DNA of 64,000 nucleotides, taken from positions 1 to 64,000 of the forward strand of contig JAHPZA010000009.1 in the NCBI GenBank assembly GCA_019058445.1, given 5' to 3'. The position numbers were made by a program, and so were the translations under genes. This document shows positions 30,133 through 40,742 of this stretch, in pieces; within the stretch, counting starts at the first letter, position 1, and every line of letters starts with the position of its first letter. The notes beneath the pieces are model-generated. The model had not been told where the DNA came from and did not search any database. It was given only the letters and a program-made list of their open reading frames with translations. The DNA is from Promethearchaeota archaeon. GTDB lineage: Archaea; Asgardarchaeota; Lokiarchaeia; Sigyniarchaeales; SOKP01.

Positions 30133-31194
30133 GTGAGGCTAACTGAACAACTCCCTGATAAAGATATATTAAGGTTAGAAATAATCAGAAAGCAAAAAAA
30201 AAAACCAGATTATTATAAGTATTTAGCTGGCTCTTTAGATTATAAACAAATAAAAGAACTAACTTATTTAGCTATTCAATATAAAAATATTGAAGCTATA
30301 ATGGGTATGCTGAAAGCAAACATCTATGCCGCAACAGACGCTCTTGATTGTGAGGATGGGGTGAGATTTTTTTCTGAAAAAGCTGAAGAATCACCAGAAA
30401 TAATGCCAGAGGTTTATTTCTTTATAAGAAGACCGATCTCATCTAAATATAAGAACATTTTCAGACGATTGGCTCGTCAAAGCATTTTAAAAACCGCCTT
30501 AAAAATAACTAGCAGAGGGCTCAAGGGGATTCAGAAAAAAACAGTACCTTATTATCATATTGGTATGCCCGAATTTAACTTAGATGAGACTATACAACAT
30601 AATCCTCTAAAAATTCATGAAAGAAGTCTCAGCTATAAGGATATATATGGAATAAAAAGACGGAGACAAAAAAGAAAGGTAATACTGATTCTTGATACCA
30701 GCGGAAGCATGTATGGTAAGACTCTGTTGAATGCTGCATTAACCACTTCAGTTTTGGCTTATAACATGGAAAAAGAGGATTATAGCATTGTTTTATTTAA
30801 CTCAACCGCGATGGTTTTAAAGAAAATCGACAATAAGAGAAAAGCTATTGCAAATATTATTGATGAGATTTTAGATTCAGAAGCTGTAGGGTTTACGAAT
30901 ATTCACATTGGTCTTGAAAAAGGATTAAATGAATTAAATAGAATTAAGGAAAATGTGAAAGATCAATTCGGCATTTTAATTACAGATGGGAATTATAATC
31001 GGGGGGAGGACCCAGTTATTTTAGCAAATAAATATCCTAAACTACATGTAATAGGGATGCCCGCAGAAAATGACGCTGAGAGAGGGATTGATACATGCCG
31101 AGATATTGCCAAGGCGGGAAGAGGTAAATTTTATGCGGTATCTAACTATAAGGAAATCCCAAGAGCTTTAATTGAACTTTTATCTCAGACTTAA
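30133..31194 (+). CDS. vWA domain protein (MoxR partner); frame open from 30064
   Basis: MIDAS DTSGSM, GFTNI, ITDG. Confidence 0.9.
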   Translation: MRLTEQLPDKDILRLEIIRKQKKKPDYYKYLAGSLDYKQIKELTYLAIQYKNIEAIMGMLKANIYAATDALDCEDGVRFFSEKAEESPEIMPEVYFFIRRPISSKYKNIFRRLARQSILKTALKITSRGLKGIQKKTVPYYHIGMPEFNLDETIQHNPLKIHERSLSYKDIYGIKRRRQKRKVILILDTSGSMYGKTLLNAALTTSVLAYNMEKEDYSIVLFNSTAMVLKKIDNKRKAIANIIDEILDSEAVGFTNIHIGLEKGLNELNRIKENVKDQFGILITDGNYNRGEDPVILANKYPKLHVIGMPAENDAERGIDTCRDIAKAGRGKFYAVSNYKEIPRALIELLSQT

Positions 31195-31354
31195 CTCTCA
31201 ATCATTTAAAAACCATGAAATTTTTAGATGAAAATCACAAATTAATGTAAATTTTCCCCAAAAAGAAATTAAAAAAAAATAAATAGAGATAAAGAATTAT
31301 CTTAACCTTAAGCAATTCAGATTTTTTTACGTCACTTTAAGGAATTGACCTATC

Positions 31355-34000
31355 ATGGGGAATTTTAAAAAAAAAAAAATACAAAGTATTCTATTGATAA
31401 ATTTGCTTCTTATTTCAATAGCTATACTTAATGTAAATAATTATAGTAGTAATATTAAGAGTGAAAAAAATAATGATGGCTTAATTGAATCTGACGATAG
31501 CCTGATAAGTCCAGAAAGTTCGGCAACCGTGTCAGCTACTTATGCAGAAATTGAGATTGATGATTATGGACCTAAAAATCCTGGGGCATATAGTTGGTCA
31601 GAAGCTTTTGCTCAAGGAATTTGTACTGGTTCTGGGACAATATTAGATCCATATGTAATTGACGGACAAGTGATTTCTGATTCTGATGGATTAGGAGGTT
31701 GTATTGAAATAAGAGAATCCAATGCCCATTTTATAATCCAAAATTGTATTTTAACAAACTCGACTCATTTTGGAATAAAATTAAACGAAGCACATAACGG
31801 AACCTTACTCAATAATGAATGTTCTAATAATAACTATGGTATACAAATTTCCAGTTCTAAAAATTGTACGGTTTCAGGAAATACGCTTAATAATGATAAT
31901 TTTGGATTGAGTATAACTGGGAGTTATAATGTAACTGCATCAGGAAACACAATGACTTTATGCGGGTTAACACTAGGGTTTTTTGACTCAAAAGCTCAAA
32001 TGGATACAATGTATATTGATACATCCAATACAGCAAATGGAAAACCGATCTATTATTATAAAGATAAAACAGATTTAAAAAAAAATGATTTCGATAATGC
32101 AGCTCAAGTAATTCTAGTAAATTGTAGTGATTCATTAATAGCAGATATAAATGTTTCATATGCTTCAAGAGGTATTTCACTTTTTCATGACTCTTCTAAT
32201 GTTTCCTTATCAAATATTACTTCAAATTATGGTGCTGACTATGGGTTGTATATAAGGGACTGTAATAATATAACTCTTTATAATAATTCAGTAAGCTATA
32301 ATAAAGGAACAGGGATTTCTTGCAATGGGGATGATTACAATCTAACAAAGAATGTAATCAATTATAATGGTGAGACTGGATTATATCTATCTTCTAAAAA
32401 CGCTAATTTATCTGATAATATATTAGTATACAATAGATATGGAGGTATTCAAATTTCTGGTGAAAATTGTATTCTTAAAAATAATGACATAACTTGGGGT
32501 GGGATAGATATATATGGTAATGAACAAGAATTAGGATCTCATTCAATCGACACATCTAATACGGTAAATTCCAAAAAAATATATTATTATCCTCAACAAA
32601 CTAATTTAAAAAATACTGATTTCACTGACGCAGGTCAAATAATTTTGGTCTCGTGTAACGATTCTTTCATCTCTTATTATAATATTTCTTATGTATCTAA
32701 AGGGATTTCAATATATCATTCTGAAAATATTACAATTTATAATTGTAACATCTCAGAGAATATAGAAAATGGTCTCCACATAGAATATTCGAGTAAATGT
32801 AATTTTAGCGTCAACACTGCTAATAAAATCAATGGAACAGCATTTTATTTTATGTATGAATGTAATTTTAATAAAATCTTAGGAAATACAATCAATAATA
32901 ACTCTGGAGATGGAATCTATTTATTTACGAAATGTAGCAACAATACTATTACTGGAAATACAGTGAATAATACTAGGAATGGAATTACTGTTTATACTAA
33001 TTGCGATGATAACAATATTACTGGAAATGATATTTGTTATACAGGTAAATATACTTCCCTCTCAAAAGCAATACTTCTCAGTGATACTGATAGATGCAAT
33101 GTCTCGGGAAATGTTATTAATAATAACTATTATAGAGGAATTTATATTCAAAATGGTATAAATAACACTATTAGCAACAATGAAATTAAAGAAAATAGTG
33201 ATTTTGGATTATATCTTTATTACGGAGAGGGTCACAATATAACTAAAAATACATTAGTAGGATGCGGCTTAGGAATTAATCCAGATAACACTATATCAAA
33301 AATGACAAGCAATTATATTGATCAGAGTAATACTGTGAATGGAAAAACCTTATACTACTATGCTAATGAAGTGGGATTAGATGCCACTTCGTTTTCTAAT
33401 GCTGGACAGATTTTTCTAATAAATTGCAGCTATGCTACAATAGTAAATGTTAATGTTTCACGTGGATCAACTGGAATTACTTTATATTTCAGTGAAAATA
33501 ATACCATAATGCGCGTTAATGCGACACATAATCAACATTACGGCATATACCTCTATCGAAGTAGCAAGAATAACATTACAGAGAGTATGTTCACTAATAA
33601 CAATAAAATTGGTGTTTACTTAAGCTATATATGTGAAGATAATCAAATATATGCTAATGTATTTATTAATAATACTCTTAATAACGCTGAAGATTATGGT
33701 TCTAATAATAAGTGGAATAATGCAACAATAGGAAATTATTGGGATGATTACACTGGCTGTGATAATAATAATGATGGTATAGGAGAATCCGCATACATAA
33801 TTCCAGGAACTGCGGGTTCTCAAGACGACTTTCCTATAACAAATAGAAAATGCACACCTTCTTCTAGTGGTGGGGACGATGATGATGAGGAAGAACCACA
33901 AGTCGTTCAAATTCCGGGATATGATATTATTTTGATAATTGCCATAATTTGTGTAGCTACATTAATTTTAACTCAAAATAAGTTTAGAATTTATAAATAA
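31355..34000 (+). CDS. Cell-surface parallel beta-helix (NosD/CASH) protein with Loki-CTERM-like tail
   Basis: Signal peptide, GSGTILDPYVI, three N(T)VNGK..YYY repeats, GNYWDDY...DGIG, C-terminal IPGY + TM + basic residues. Confidence 0.88.
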   Translation: MGNFKKKKIQSILLINLLLISIAILNVNNYSSNIKSEKNNDGLIESDDSLISPESSATVSATYAEIEIDDYGPKNPGAYSWSEAFAQGICTGSGTILDPYVIDGQVISDSDGLGGCIEIRESNAHFIIQNCILTNSTHFGIKLNEAHNGTLLNNECSNNNYGIQISSSKNCTVSGNTLNNDNFGLSITGSYNVTASGNTMTLCGLTLGFFDSKAQMDTMYIDTSNTANGKPIYYYKDKTDLKKNDFDNAAQVILVNCSDSLIADINVSYASRGISLFHDSSNVSLSNITSNYGADYGLYIRDCNNITLYNNSVSYNKGTGISCNGDDYNLTKNVINYNGETGLYLSSKNANLSDNILVYNRYGGIQISGENCILKNNDITWGGIDIYGNEQELGSHSIDTSNTVNSKKIYYYPQQTNLKNTDFTDAGQIILVSCNDSFISYYNISYVSKGISIYHSENITIYNCNISENIENGLHIEYSSKCNFSVNTANKINGTAFYFMYECNFNKILGNTINNNSGDGIYLFTKCSNNTITGNTVNNTRNGITVYTNCDDNNITGNDICYTGKYTSLSKAILLSDTDRCNVSGNVINNNYYRGIYIQNGINNTISNNEIKENSDFGLYLYYGEGHNITKNTLVGCGLGINPDNTISKMTSNYIDQSNTVNGKTLYYYANEVGLDATSFSNAGQIFLINCSYATIVNVNVSRGSTGITLYFSENNTIMRVNATHNQHYGIYLYRSSKNNITESMFTNNNKIGVYLSYICEDNQIYANVFINNTLNNAEDYGSNNKWNNATIGNYWDDYTGCDNNNDGIGESAYIIPGTAGSQDDFPITNRKCTPSSSGGDDDDEEEPQVVQIPGYDIILIIAIICVATLILTQNKFRIYK

Positions 34001-34188
34001 TTTTTTTTTCATTTTTTATTTTAATACGCATTAGTTTAGAGTTCATGGTTAGTTAAATTATTAATACCGATTGTATGATTTTAAAAAATGCTTTTTGTTA
34101 TCCTATTTTCCAAACAAATATTCTAATTGCTAAAAATTAAAAATAAAAACTTTTACCTTCAACTTTAAGATATATTTTTGTGAAAAAA

Positions 34189-34220
34189 CTAAAATTCTCG
34201 AGGTAATCTCAGAATTTTAG
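34189..34220 (+). promoter_or_regulatory. Hairpin/inverted repeat in the leader of the large surface protein
   Basis: CTAAAATTCT...AGAATTTTAG with inner GAG/CTC. Confidence 0.45.
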
Positions 34221-34251
34221 GGATTATTATATTTAAAAATTTAACAAAAAA

Positions 34252-37200
34252 TTGGTTTTAACGTTGAATAAAAGTAAAAAGCAAAAGATTTTGATGATAC
34301 TGCTTTTTTCTATGATTTTTTTAACCTCGACATTTCAAAGTAATTTATCAAATTATCAAAATAGAGACACTGGCAATTCAATTATTTTTAATGAAGAAAC
34401 AGAAAGTGCGGATGAGCGACCAGATGTAGTAATCTACATAAATGGAAGTTCAGAATCGTGGGAAGATGCAAAAACTGCAGGATGGGTTGATAATGCAGGA
34501 GACGGTAGTTACGGGAATCCTTATGTTATAAAAGACAAAATAATTGATGGTGAAAATTTGAAACATGGTATTTTAATTGAAAATTGGGGCTATTATGATT
34601 TTTACTTTAGAATTGAAAACTGCACATTCATCAATATTGGATCTTCAAATGATCAATTTCCAAAAGCGGGGATTTCAATACATAATGTTGGATTTGATTG
34701 GATGACACAAGGCGGTGGGATTATACAAAATAATGAATTTGATACTAACTCTGACTTAGATAATTATGGAATTTATTTTTTTCACAGTGGAAATTCCACT
34801 TTTTCCAATAATGTTTTTACTGACTTTAAGCATGGTATATATTTTGATAATGGAAGCCGGACTTGTAGTGTTTCGGAGAATCTATTTACTGATAACCAAA
34901 ATGGAATCTTTTTGGATAGATCATGTAACAATATTAACATCACGGAAAATGATTTTTTGGATAACGCTATTTCTGGATTATATGTATTAGATTGCTATGA
35001 TATCCTCATTTATAATAATTATATAGAAGATAATACCAATTTTGGAGTGATTATCTCTGCCTGTGTTGCAGGGTGGAATTGGGGTTATAAGTGGGGGATG
35101 TGGGGCTGGTATTATTTTGATCCAATAAGAGTAATCGATAATACAATTAGTAAAAACAATTATGGAATATTCTTAGACTCAAGTGTTGAACAACAAATTA
35201 AGGGGAATGATATCATTGAAAATAATGAAAAAGGTATTTGGGTATTTCTTTCAGTTTTTAACAATATTACAGATAATACTATAAGCGATAATACAGATAA
35301 AGGAATTGTACTTGATGATAGTAATAATAATAAAATTAACTATAACTTTTTCTTAAGAAATGGAGAACATGCTATTGATGGTAATTCAAAAAATAACTTT
35401 AGTATAAATGGTATTGGTAATTATTGGGATAATTATTCACAAATCTCTGGAGTTGCAGATGATGATGATGATGGGATTGGAGATTTATGGTATAACTTTA
35501 CAGGTGGGCGTGATAAATATCCACTCTATAATGATGGAATATTTGGTGATATTATTGAAATTGATGCAGATGCAACCGGTTATGGAGCACATAATTGGAC
35601 TTGGGCACGAGAAAAGTTCTGGTGCTCTGGTAATGGTCAACCTTGGGATCCATATGTAATTAGTCCCAGTCAAATTTGGGATGGTATTATAGATGGAAAT
35701 GGAAAAACTTGCATTACAATTGAGAATTCAGACTATCAATACGGTGAATCATTTAGAATTGAGGGTTGTACAATTAAAAACTCTGGATCAAGTGGCGCAG
35801 GAATTCAATTAAATAACTCTGGTAATGCGGTAATAAATAACAATAATATCACAAATAACGGAATTGGAATATCACTTAACTGGGTTTTTTTCACTAATTT
35901 TACAGATAATACTATCATTAATTCTCTAAATAAAGGCATTTATCTGACTAACCATTCTAATATGAATGATTTTATTTGCAACACGATTTCCAGTAGTCAA
36001 AATGGAACTTATTTAGAAAAGGATAGTAAAGACAATGAGTTCATTTTAAATATTTTCGAGAATAATGCTAAATATGGGGCTGTCGTAGCCGATAATATTA
36101 GCATTAATAATGTTTTTTATGAAAATACATTTCGAGGAACGACAACAACTAACGAATATGCTCTTGACAATACTAATACAACAATGTGGTATAAAGACGA
36201 GAGAGGAAATTCTTGGGGAGATTATGTTGCGAAAACTGGTGGTTCAGATCTAGATGATGATGGTATTGGAAATGTTAAATATGATATTATTGGAAAGGGC
36301 AACAATAAGGATATATTCCCTCTTTACGACGACGGACTTAATGGTCAACCCTTATACATTAACGGAGCTGCTTCTGGTGTTGATGCGCATAATTGGACTT
36401 GGGCAAGTAAGCGACTTTATATTTCAGGGAATGGTACACAACTGAATCCATATGTTATAAAAGATGTGACTATTAGTGGTCTTGATTCAGAAAGCGCTAT
36501 TATCATTGAAAACTCTGATTGGACACTTAATACCTATTTTAGGATTGAAAACTGTACTTTAACGGATATTGGTGGCTCTGGACGCTCAGGAATTAAATTG
36601 TATAATGTCACGAACGGTGAAATAATCGATAATGAGTTTTCAACAGATAATGTAGGGAATTATGGGATTCATACAGAACGGTGTAGTTATATTTCAATTG
36701 AAATGAATACCATCTCAAGTAACGAACAGTTTGATATTGGGATTTATCTAGATAAAGATAGTCATCATATCAATATTGTAGAAAATGAAATTAATGATAA
36801 TCTCTGGGGTATATATCTCCACAATATGACTAATTATAACAACATTACAATTAATACTATAGAAAATAACGATTTCTCTGGTATATATATGAGTAATTGC
36901 TCAAATAACAACGTTATGTACAATTTCATTAATTATAATGGAAATGGTACAAAATTAGACAATGGTGGCTATTTACATAAAATTTTTGGAAACATCTTTA
37001 AAGATAACGTTGAATATGGATTAATCATAAATCACTCTGCTGTTGAAACGACTACAATTTATAATAATACTTTTTCGGGAAATTTAGCTAATGCTAGAGA
37101 CGATGGTCGCTGGAATGAATGGAATACTACATCTATAGGAAATACTTGGAAAGATTATAAAGATAATGTAGAGGGAAGAGGATATGTAGCTCAAGACCTC

Positions 37201-39174
37201 GATGATGATGGGATTGGTGATGTAAATTATACTATTTCTGGGTCAGCTAATTCGACAGATGGCAAACCTATTTATGACGATGGATTTGATGGAGATCGAA
37301 TTTACATAATTGGTAATGCTCAGCCAAGTTACTTATGGGACGATATTTGGGTTATGTCTTGGAATGAAGCTACTAGTAAAGTCTGGTGCTCAGGGAGTGG
37401 AACATCTAACGACCCATATGTTATTAAAGATATAGAGATTGATGCTAAAGGCGATAATAGCTCCATTTATATAATGCAGTCTCAAAATGATTATTTTAGG
37501 ATTGAAAATTGTAATATAACCAATTCAGCTGAAGCGAATGAAACTGCGGGGATATATTTAACTAATGTAAATTATGGCGAGATAAGAAATAATAATTGTT
37601 CGTTAAATGGTTACGCGGGAATACAGTTGGATAATTGTAATAATATTACGATAATCGACAATGATATTGAAAATAACGGAGAATTTGGGATATTCATAAC
37701 TAACTGGTGTGGTACAATTGATATAGAGAATAATAGACTAAAGCAAAACGGTCTTGGCAACGAAGGGTCGGGAATACACTTGGAAAATGGATACTTTAAT
37801 AATATCATCTATAATAATACTTTAAATGGAGATAATGTAGGGATATCCCTGAAATATCTCTGGTATATGACTCTTATTTCAGAAAATATTATTAAATCTG
37901 ATTCCCATGGATTAGCTATAATCGATCATTGTGATAAACTCCGAATAATCGGCAATACTATCTATGAATGTGGAGAAGATGGAATACACTATGGGTGGAA
38001 ATCGGGTCAGCCTTGCTTTAATAGCACTATTAACGGAAATAACATACATGATAATACTAATTATGGTATTCTTTTGGATTTCCTTGAGGACAGTGACATT
38101 TCAGGAAACATTTTAAATAGTAATTTAAAGGGAGTTGTAGTTAACGCTAAATGTAGATTAAATACGTTCAATAATAATCTTATTTTAAATAATTTTGGAG
38201 AAGGAATGTTGTTCAAGATGGGAACAGGTGGTAATCTCATATATAATAATAATTTCTCTGGAAACTTAATTCACGCTGCGGATTTTGGGCTTGATCCTGT
38301 ACAGTCAAATCTTTGGTATAAAGGAAGTAAACAGTGTGGTAATTATTGGGACGATTATGGCGATTTTGGAGGAAAAGACATGGACGACGATGGAATTGGA
38401 GATGATCCCGTAGATTATATGATTCCAGGAGGCTTAGGAATAAGCGAAGACAAATATCCTATTTGGTGGGATGAACCAGGTATTAAAGCTAAAAAACCCC
38501 TTGATAATGAGGAATTTCTGCCACATCAACCTCCAAGTTATGAGATTAATATCACCGAGGGAAGAGGATGCTTTTTCTGGTATGAAATAGATGGAACTTC
38601 CTCTACACCTATGATATTATTAGGAAATATACATGAAATAATAACGGGTACTGTAAGTTTAAGTTTATGGGATCCATTAACAGATGGGACTTATGCTATC
38701 ACATTTTACGTAAATGACACTCAAGGATATGAAAATTCTCAAGTTGTTACGATCACAAAATTAAATGCTACTACAACTACAACTCCTTCTAGCGATAATG
38801 GCGGCGGTGATGGGACTTCTGATGATTCAACCTCTGAAGACGAAGAAGGGTTACCATGGTATATACAAGCAGCAATGACGGGTGCTGTTAGTGCGAGTGT
38901 TGGTTTAATTATTAAACAGTCATATAGTTCAGCCAAAAAGAGGAGGATTATTTTAGAAAAGATACACGAAAATTTTGCGAGAGTTGATAATCTTGAGAAA
39001 TTCTTAAAAGATAAATTAACTTACGAGGATTGGGAAAAAATTCAAGAAGCATGGCAGAAATATCAAAATGATGAGATAACGGAAAGACAAATGATTAAGG
39101 AGAGTAAAAAGACCTTAGGAAAAAGATTTACTGAGTTGTTTATTCCACATAAAAAATCGAGAAGAAGAACTTAA
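34252..39174 (+). CDS. Large single-pass surface glycoprotein with four beta-helix modules
   Basis: Four G.G...PYVI...GN.W..Y...DDDGIG units, Ig-like segment, S/T/D linker, TM helix, cytoplasmic tail. Confidence 0.88.
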   Translation: MVLTLNKSKKQKILMILLFSMIFLTSTFQSNLSNYQNRDTGNSIIFNEETESADERPDVVIYINGSSESWEDAKTAGWVDNAGDGSYGNPYVIKDKIIDGENLKHGILIENWGYYDFYFRIENCTFINIGSSNDQFPKAGISIHNVGFDWMTQGGGIIQNNEFDTNSDLDNYGIYFFHSGNSTFSNNVFTDFKHGIYFDNGSRTCSVSENLFTDNQNGIFLDRSCNNINITENDFLDNAISGLYVLDCYDILIYNNYIEDNTNFGVIISACVAGWNWGYKWGMWGWYYFDPIRVIDNTISKNNYGIFLDSSVEQQIKGNDIIENNEKGIWVFLSVFNNITDNTISDNTDKGIVLDDSNNNKINYNFFLRNGEHAIDGNSKNNFSINGIGNYWDNYSQISGVADDDDDGIGDLWYNFTGGRDKYPLYNDGIFGDIIEIDADATGYGAHNWTWAREKFWCSGNGQPWDPYVISPSQIWDGIIDGNGKTCITIENSDYQYGESFRIEGCTIKNSGSSGAGIQLNNSGNAVINNNNITNNGIGISLNWVFFTNFTDNTIINSLNKGIYLTNHSNMNDFICNTISSSQNGTYLEKDSKDNEFILNIFENNAKYGAVVADNISINNVFYENTFRGTTTTNEYALDNTNTTMWYKDERGNSWGDYVAKTGGSDLDDDGIGNVKYDIIGKGNNKDIFPLYDDGLNGQPLYINGAASGVDAHNWTWASKRLYISGNGTQLNPYVIKDVTISGLDSESAIIIENSDWTLNTYFRIENCTLTDIGGSGRSGIKLYNVTNGEIIDNEFSTDNVGNYGIHTERCSYISIEMNTISSNEQFDIGIYLDKDSHHINIVENEINDNLWGIYLHNMTNYNNITINTIENNDFSGIYMSNCSNNNVMYNFINYNGNGTKLDNGGYLHKIFGNIFKDNVEYGLIINHSAVETTTIYNNTFSGNLANARDDGRWNEWNTTSIGNTWKDYKDNVEGRGYVAQDLDDDGIGDVNYTISGSANSTDGKPIYDDGFDGDRIYIIGNAQPSYLWDDIWVMSWNEATSKVWCSGSGTSNDPYVIKDIEIDAKGDNSSIYIMQSQNDYFRIENCNITNSAEANETAGIYLTNVNYGEIRNNNCSLNGYAGIQLDNCNNITIIDNDIENNGEFGIFITNWCGTIDIENNRLKQNGLGNEGSGIHLENGYFNNIIYNNTLNGDNVGISLKYLWYMTLISENIIKSDSHGLAIIDHCDKLRIIGNTIYECGEDGIHYGWKSGQPCFNSTINGNNIHDNTNYGILLDFLEDSDISGNILNSNLKGVVVNAKCRLNTFNNNLILNNFGEGMLFKMGTGGNLIYNNNFSGNLIHAADFGLDPVQSNLWYKGSKQCGNYWDDYGDFGGKDMDDDGIGDDPVDYMIPGGLGISEDKYPIWWDEPGIKAKKPLDNEEFLPHQPPSYEINITEGRGCFFWYEIDGTSSTPMILLGNIHEIITGTVSLSLWDPLTDGTYAITFYVNDTQGYENSQVVTITKLNATTTTTPSSDNGGGDGTSDDSTSEDEEGLPWYIQAAMTGAVSASVGLIIKQSYSSAKKRRIILEKIHENFARVDNLEKFLKDKLTYEDWEKIQEAWQKYQNDEITERQMIKESKKTLGKRFTELFIPHKKSRRRT

Positions 39175-39371
39175 ACTTTAATCTTTATTTTTTTTTATTT
39201 ATTTTTTTTTAATTCTTTAATTATTGAATACATTCAGATAACTGATAAATCGAAATTTCAATAATTTTATTACTTTTTTAATATAAATAGTAAAAATTTA
39301 AACTCTATTACTATTTATATCATAAGAAATAAAGTTTAATTTAGAAATTAATTAGGTATAGAGCGAACAAA

Positions 39372-40709
39372 GTGGTACGTCCTCCGACAGAAAAAAATAT
39401 TTGTTTACGATGTAAAGGAGCAAGATTGTTATGTGGAAAAAAAACTTGTCCAATCTTGTTGAAAAAATCAATTTTAAAATCTATGCTCCCCTTTGAGATT
39501 GGCAAGTCAAAAAGAAATATTGAGATATTCGGAGCGAGTCCGCCAGGTTTTTTCGTAGGAAGGTATAATTATCCCAATGTTGCAGTTGGACCACTTGTTC
39601 CTTTTAAGGAATTTGAATCCTATAAAAACATTAATGATTATCACATTTTAGATGCTCCAGAGTTATGGTTTGGTAAGCAAATAGTGGATGTAATAAAATA
39701 TAGAAGCAGTTTAGTTCGAAGTAATTTTAAAATAAACGTCAAAATAGGAGAAGAAATTAAAAAAAGAAAAAATACACCTACTTTACGAGCTCAAAGATTT
39801 TTAGAAACTTCTCAAGAGTTATCTATGGCTGCGAGACCAGTGGATACTGAAACGAAGATAGAAAAACTCAATTTCCGAATGATGATGGACAATCATGCGT
39901 TACCTATGGGCCCGTCTGGAACAACCGAAAAAATAAGAATAACAGAGAATGTAAAAGTCCATCCAAAGGTAGACTATTGTGTTTCAGATATCGATTTAAA
40001 AGCTCAAGAAGCAATTTCGGAGCATCTCTATCTTAAAGGAAATGTTCCTTTTTCTTCAATTATACGAGTATTTTCAGCAGGATTGCTTGGAGAAAAAGAA
40101 CGTCGCAAATTAGTACCAACAAGATGGTCTATTACAGCAATAGATGATATAATATCTAAAAGATTGATTAAAGAAATTAAAAAATTCCCTGAAATTAATG
40201 ATTATCGAATATTTGAAGCCACTTACCTTGATAATCATTTTAAAATTCTCCTGTTTCCCGGTAAATTTATGTACGAGATGAATGAAGTATGGGCTCCTAA
40301 TTCTTTATGGAATATTTCTCTTTCAGGAGAAGATGTTAAATTAGAACCACAAATCATGACAGATTATGAGTTCTATAAGGGGCGAAAATCATATGCAAGT
40401 AATATAACTGGTGCATATTACGCCGCACGAAAAGCAGTTTGTGAATATTTATATAAAATAAGAAAGCAAGCTAGAATTCTAATTTTTCGAGAAGTTTCCT
40501 CAGGATATCTTGTTCCATTAGGAGTCTGGGTAATCCGGGAAACTGTTAACAATGCAATGGAGCGCGCCAAGCCGATTATTTTAGATAGTTTCGATAGTGC
40601 TTTAAATAAGATGGCCGATGGATTAATTCTTGATTTAAAATATTGGAAAAATAGTAGCAAATTAATAAACTTTATAAAAACACAAAAAACTATTGATTCA
40701 TATCTTTAA
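39372..40709 (+). CDS. nreA: Archaeal DNA repair protein Nre
   Basis: C..CKG...LCG...CP, LVPTRWSITAID, GAYYAAR, PLGVWVIRE, C-terminal PIP box QKTIDSYL. Confidence 0.93.
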   Translation: MVRPPTEKNICLRCKGARLLCGKKTCPILLKKSILKSMLPFEIGKSKRNIEIFGASPPGFFVGRYNYPNVAVGPLVPFKEFESYKNINDYHILDAPELWFGKQIVDVIKYRSSLVRSNFKINVKIGEEIKKRKNTPTLRAQRFLETSQELSMAARPVDTETKIEKLNFRMMMDNHALPMGPSGTTEKIRITENVKVHPKVDYCVSDIDLKAQEAISEHLYLKGNVPFSSIIRVFSAGLLGEKERRKLVPTRWSITAIDDIISKRLIKEIKKFPEINDYRIFEATYLDNHFKILLFPGKFMYEMNEVWAPNSLWNISLSGEDVKLEPQIMTDYEFYKGRKSYASNITGAYYAARKAVCEYLYKIRKQARILIFREVSSGYLVPLGVWVIRETVNNAMERAKPIILDSFDSALNKMADGLILDLKYWKNSSKLINFIKTQKTIDSYL

Positions 40710-40742
40710 ATTGGAATAAATATATTTTTTTGGAGATTAATT

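Noticed and set aside
31355-39174. CRISPR array or DGR template among the repeats
   Set aside because: The repeats are degenerate protein-level modules; there is no spacer structure, cas gene or reverse transcriptase
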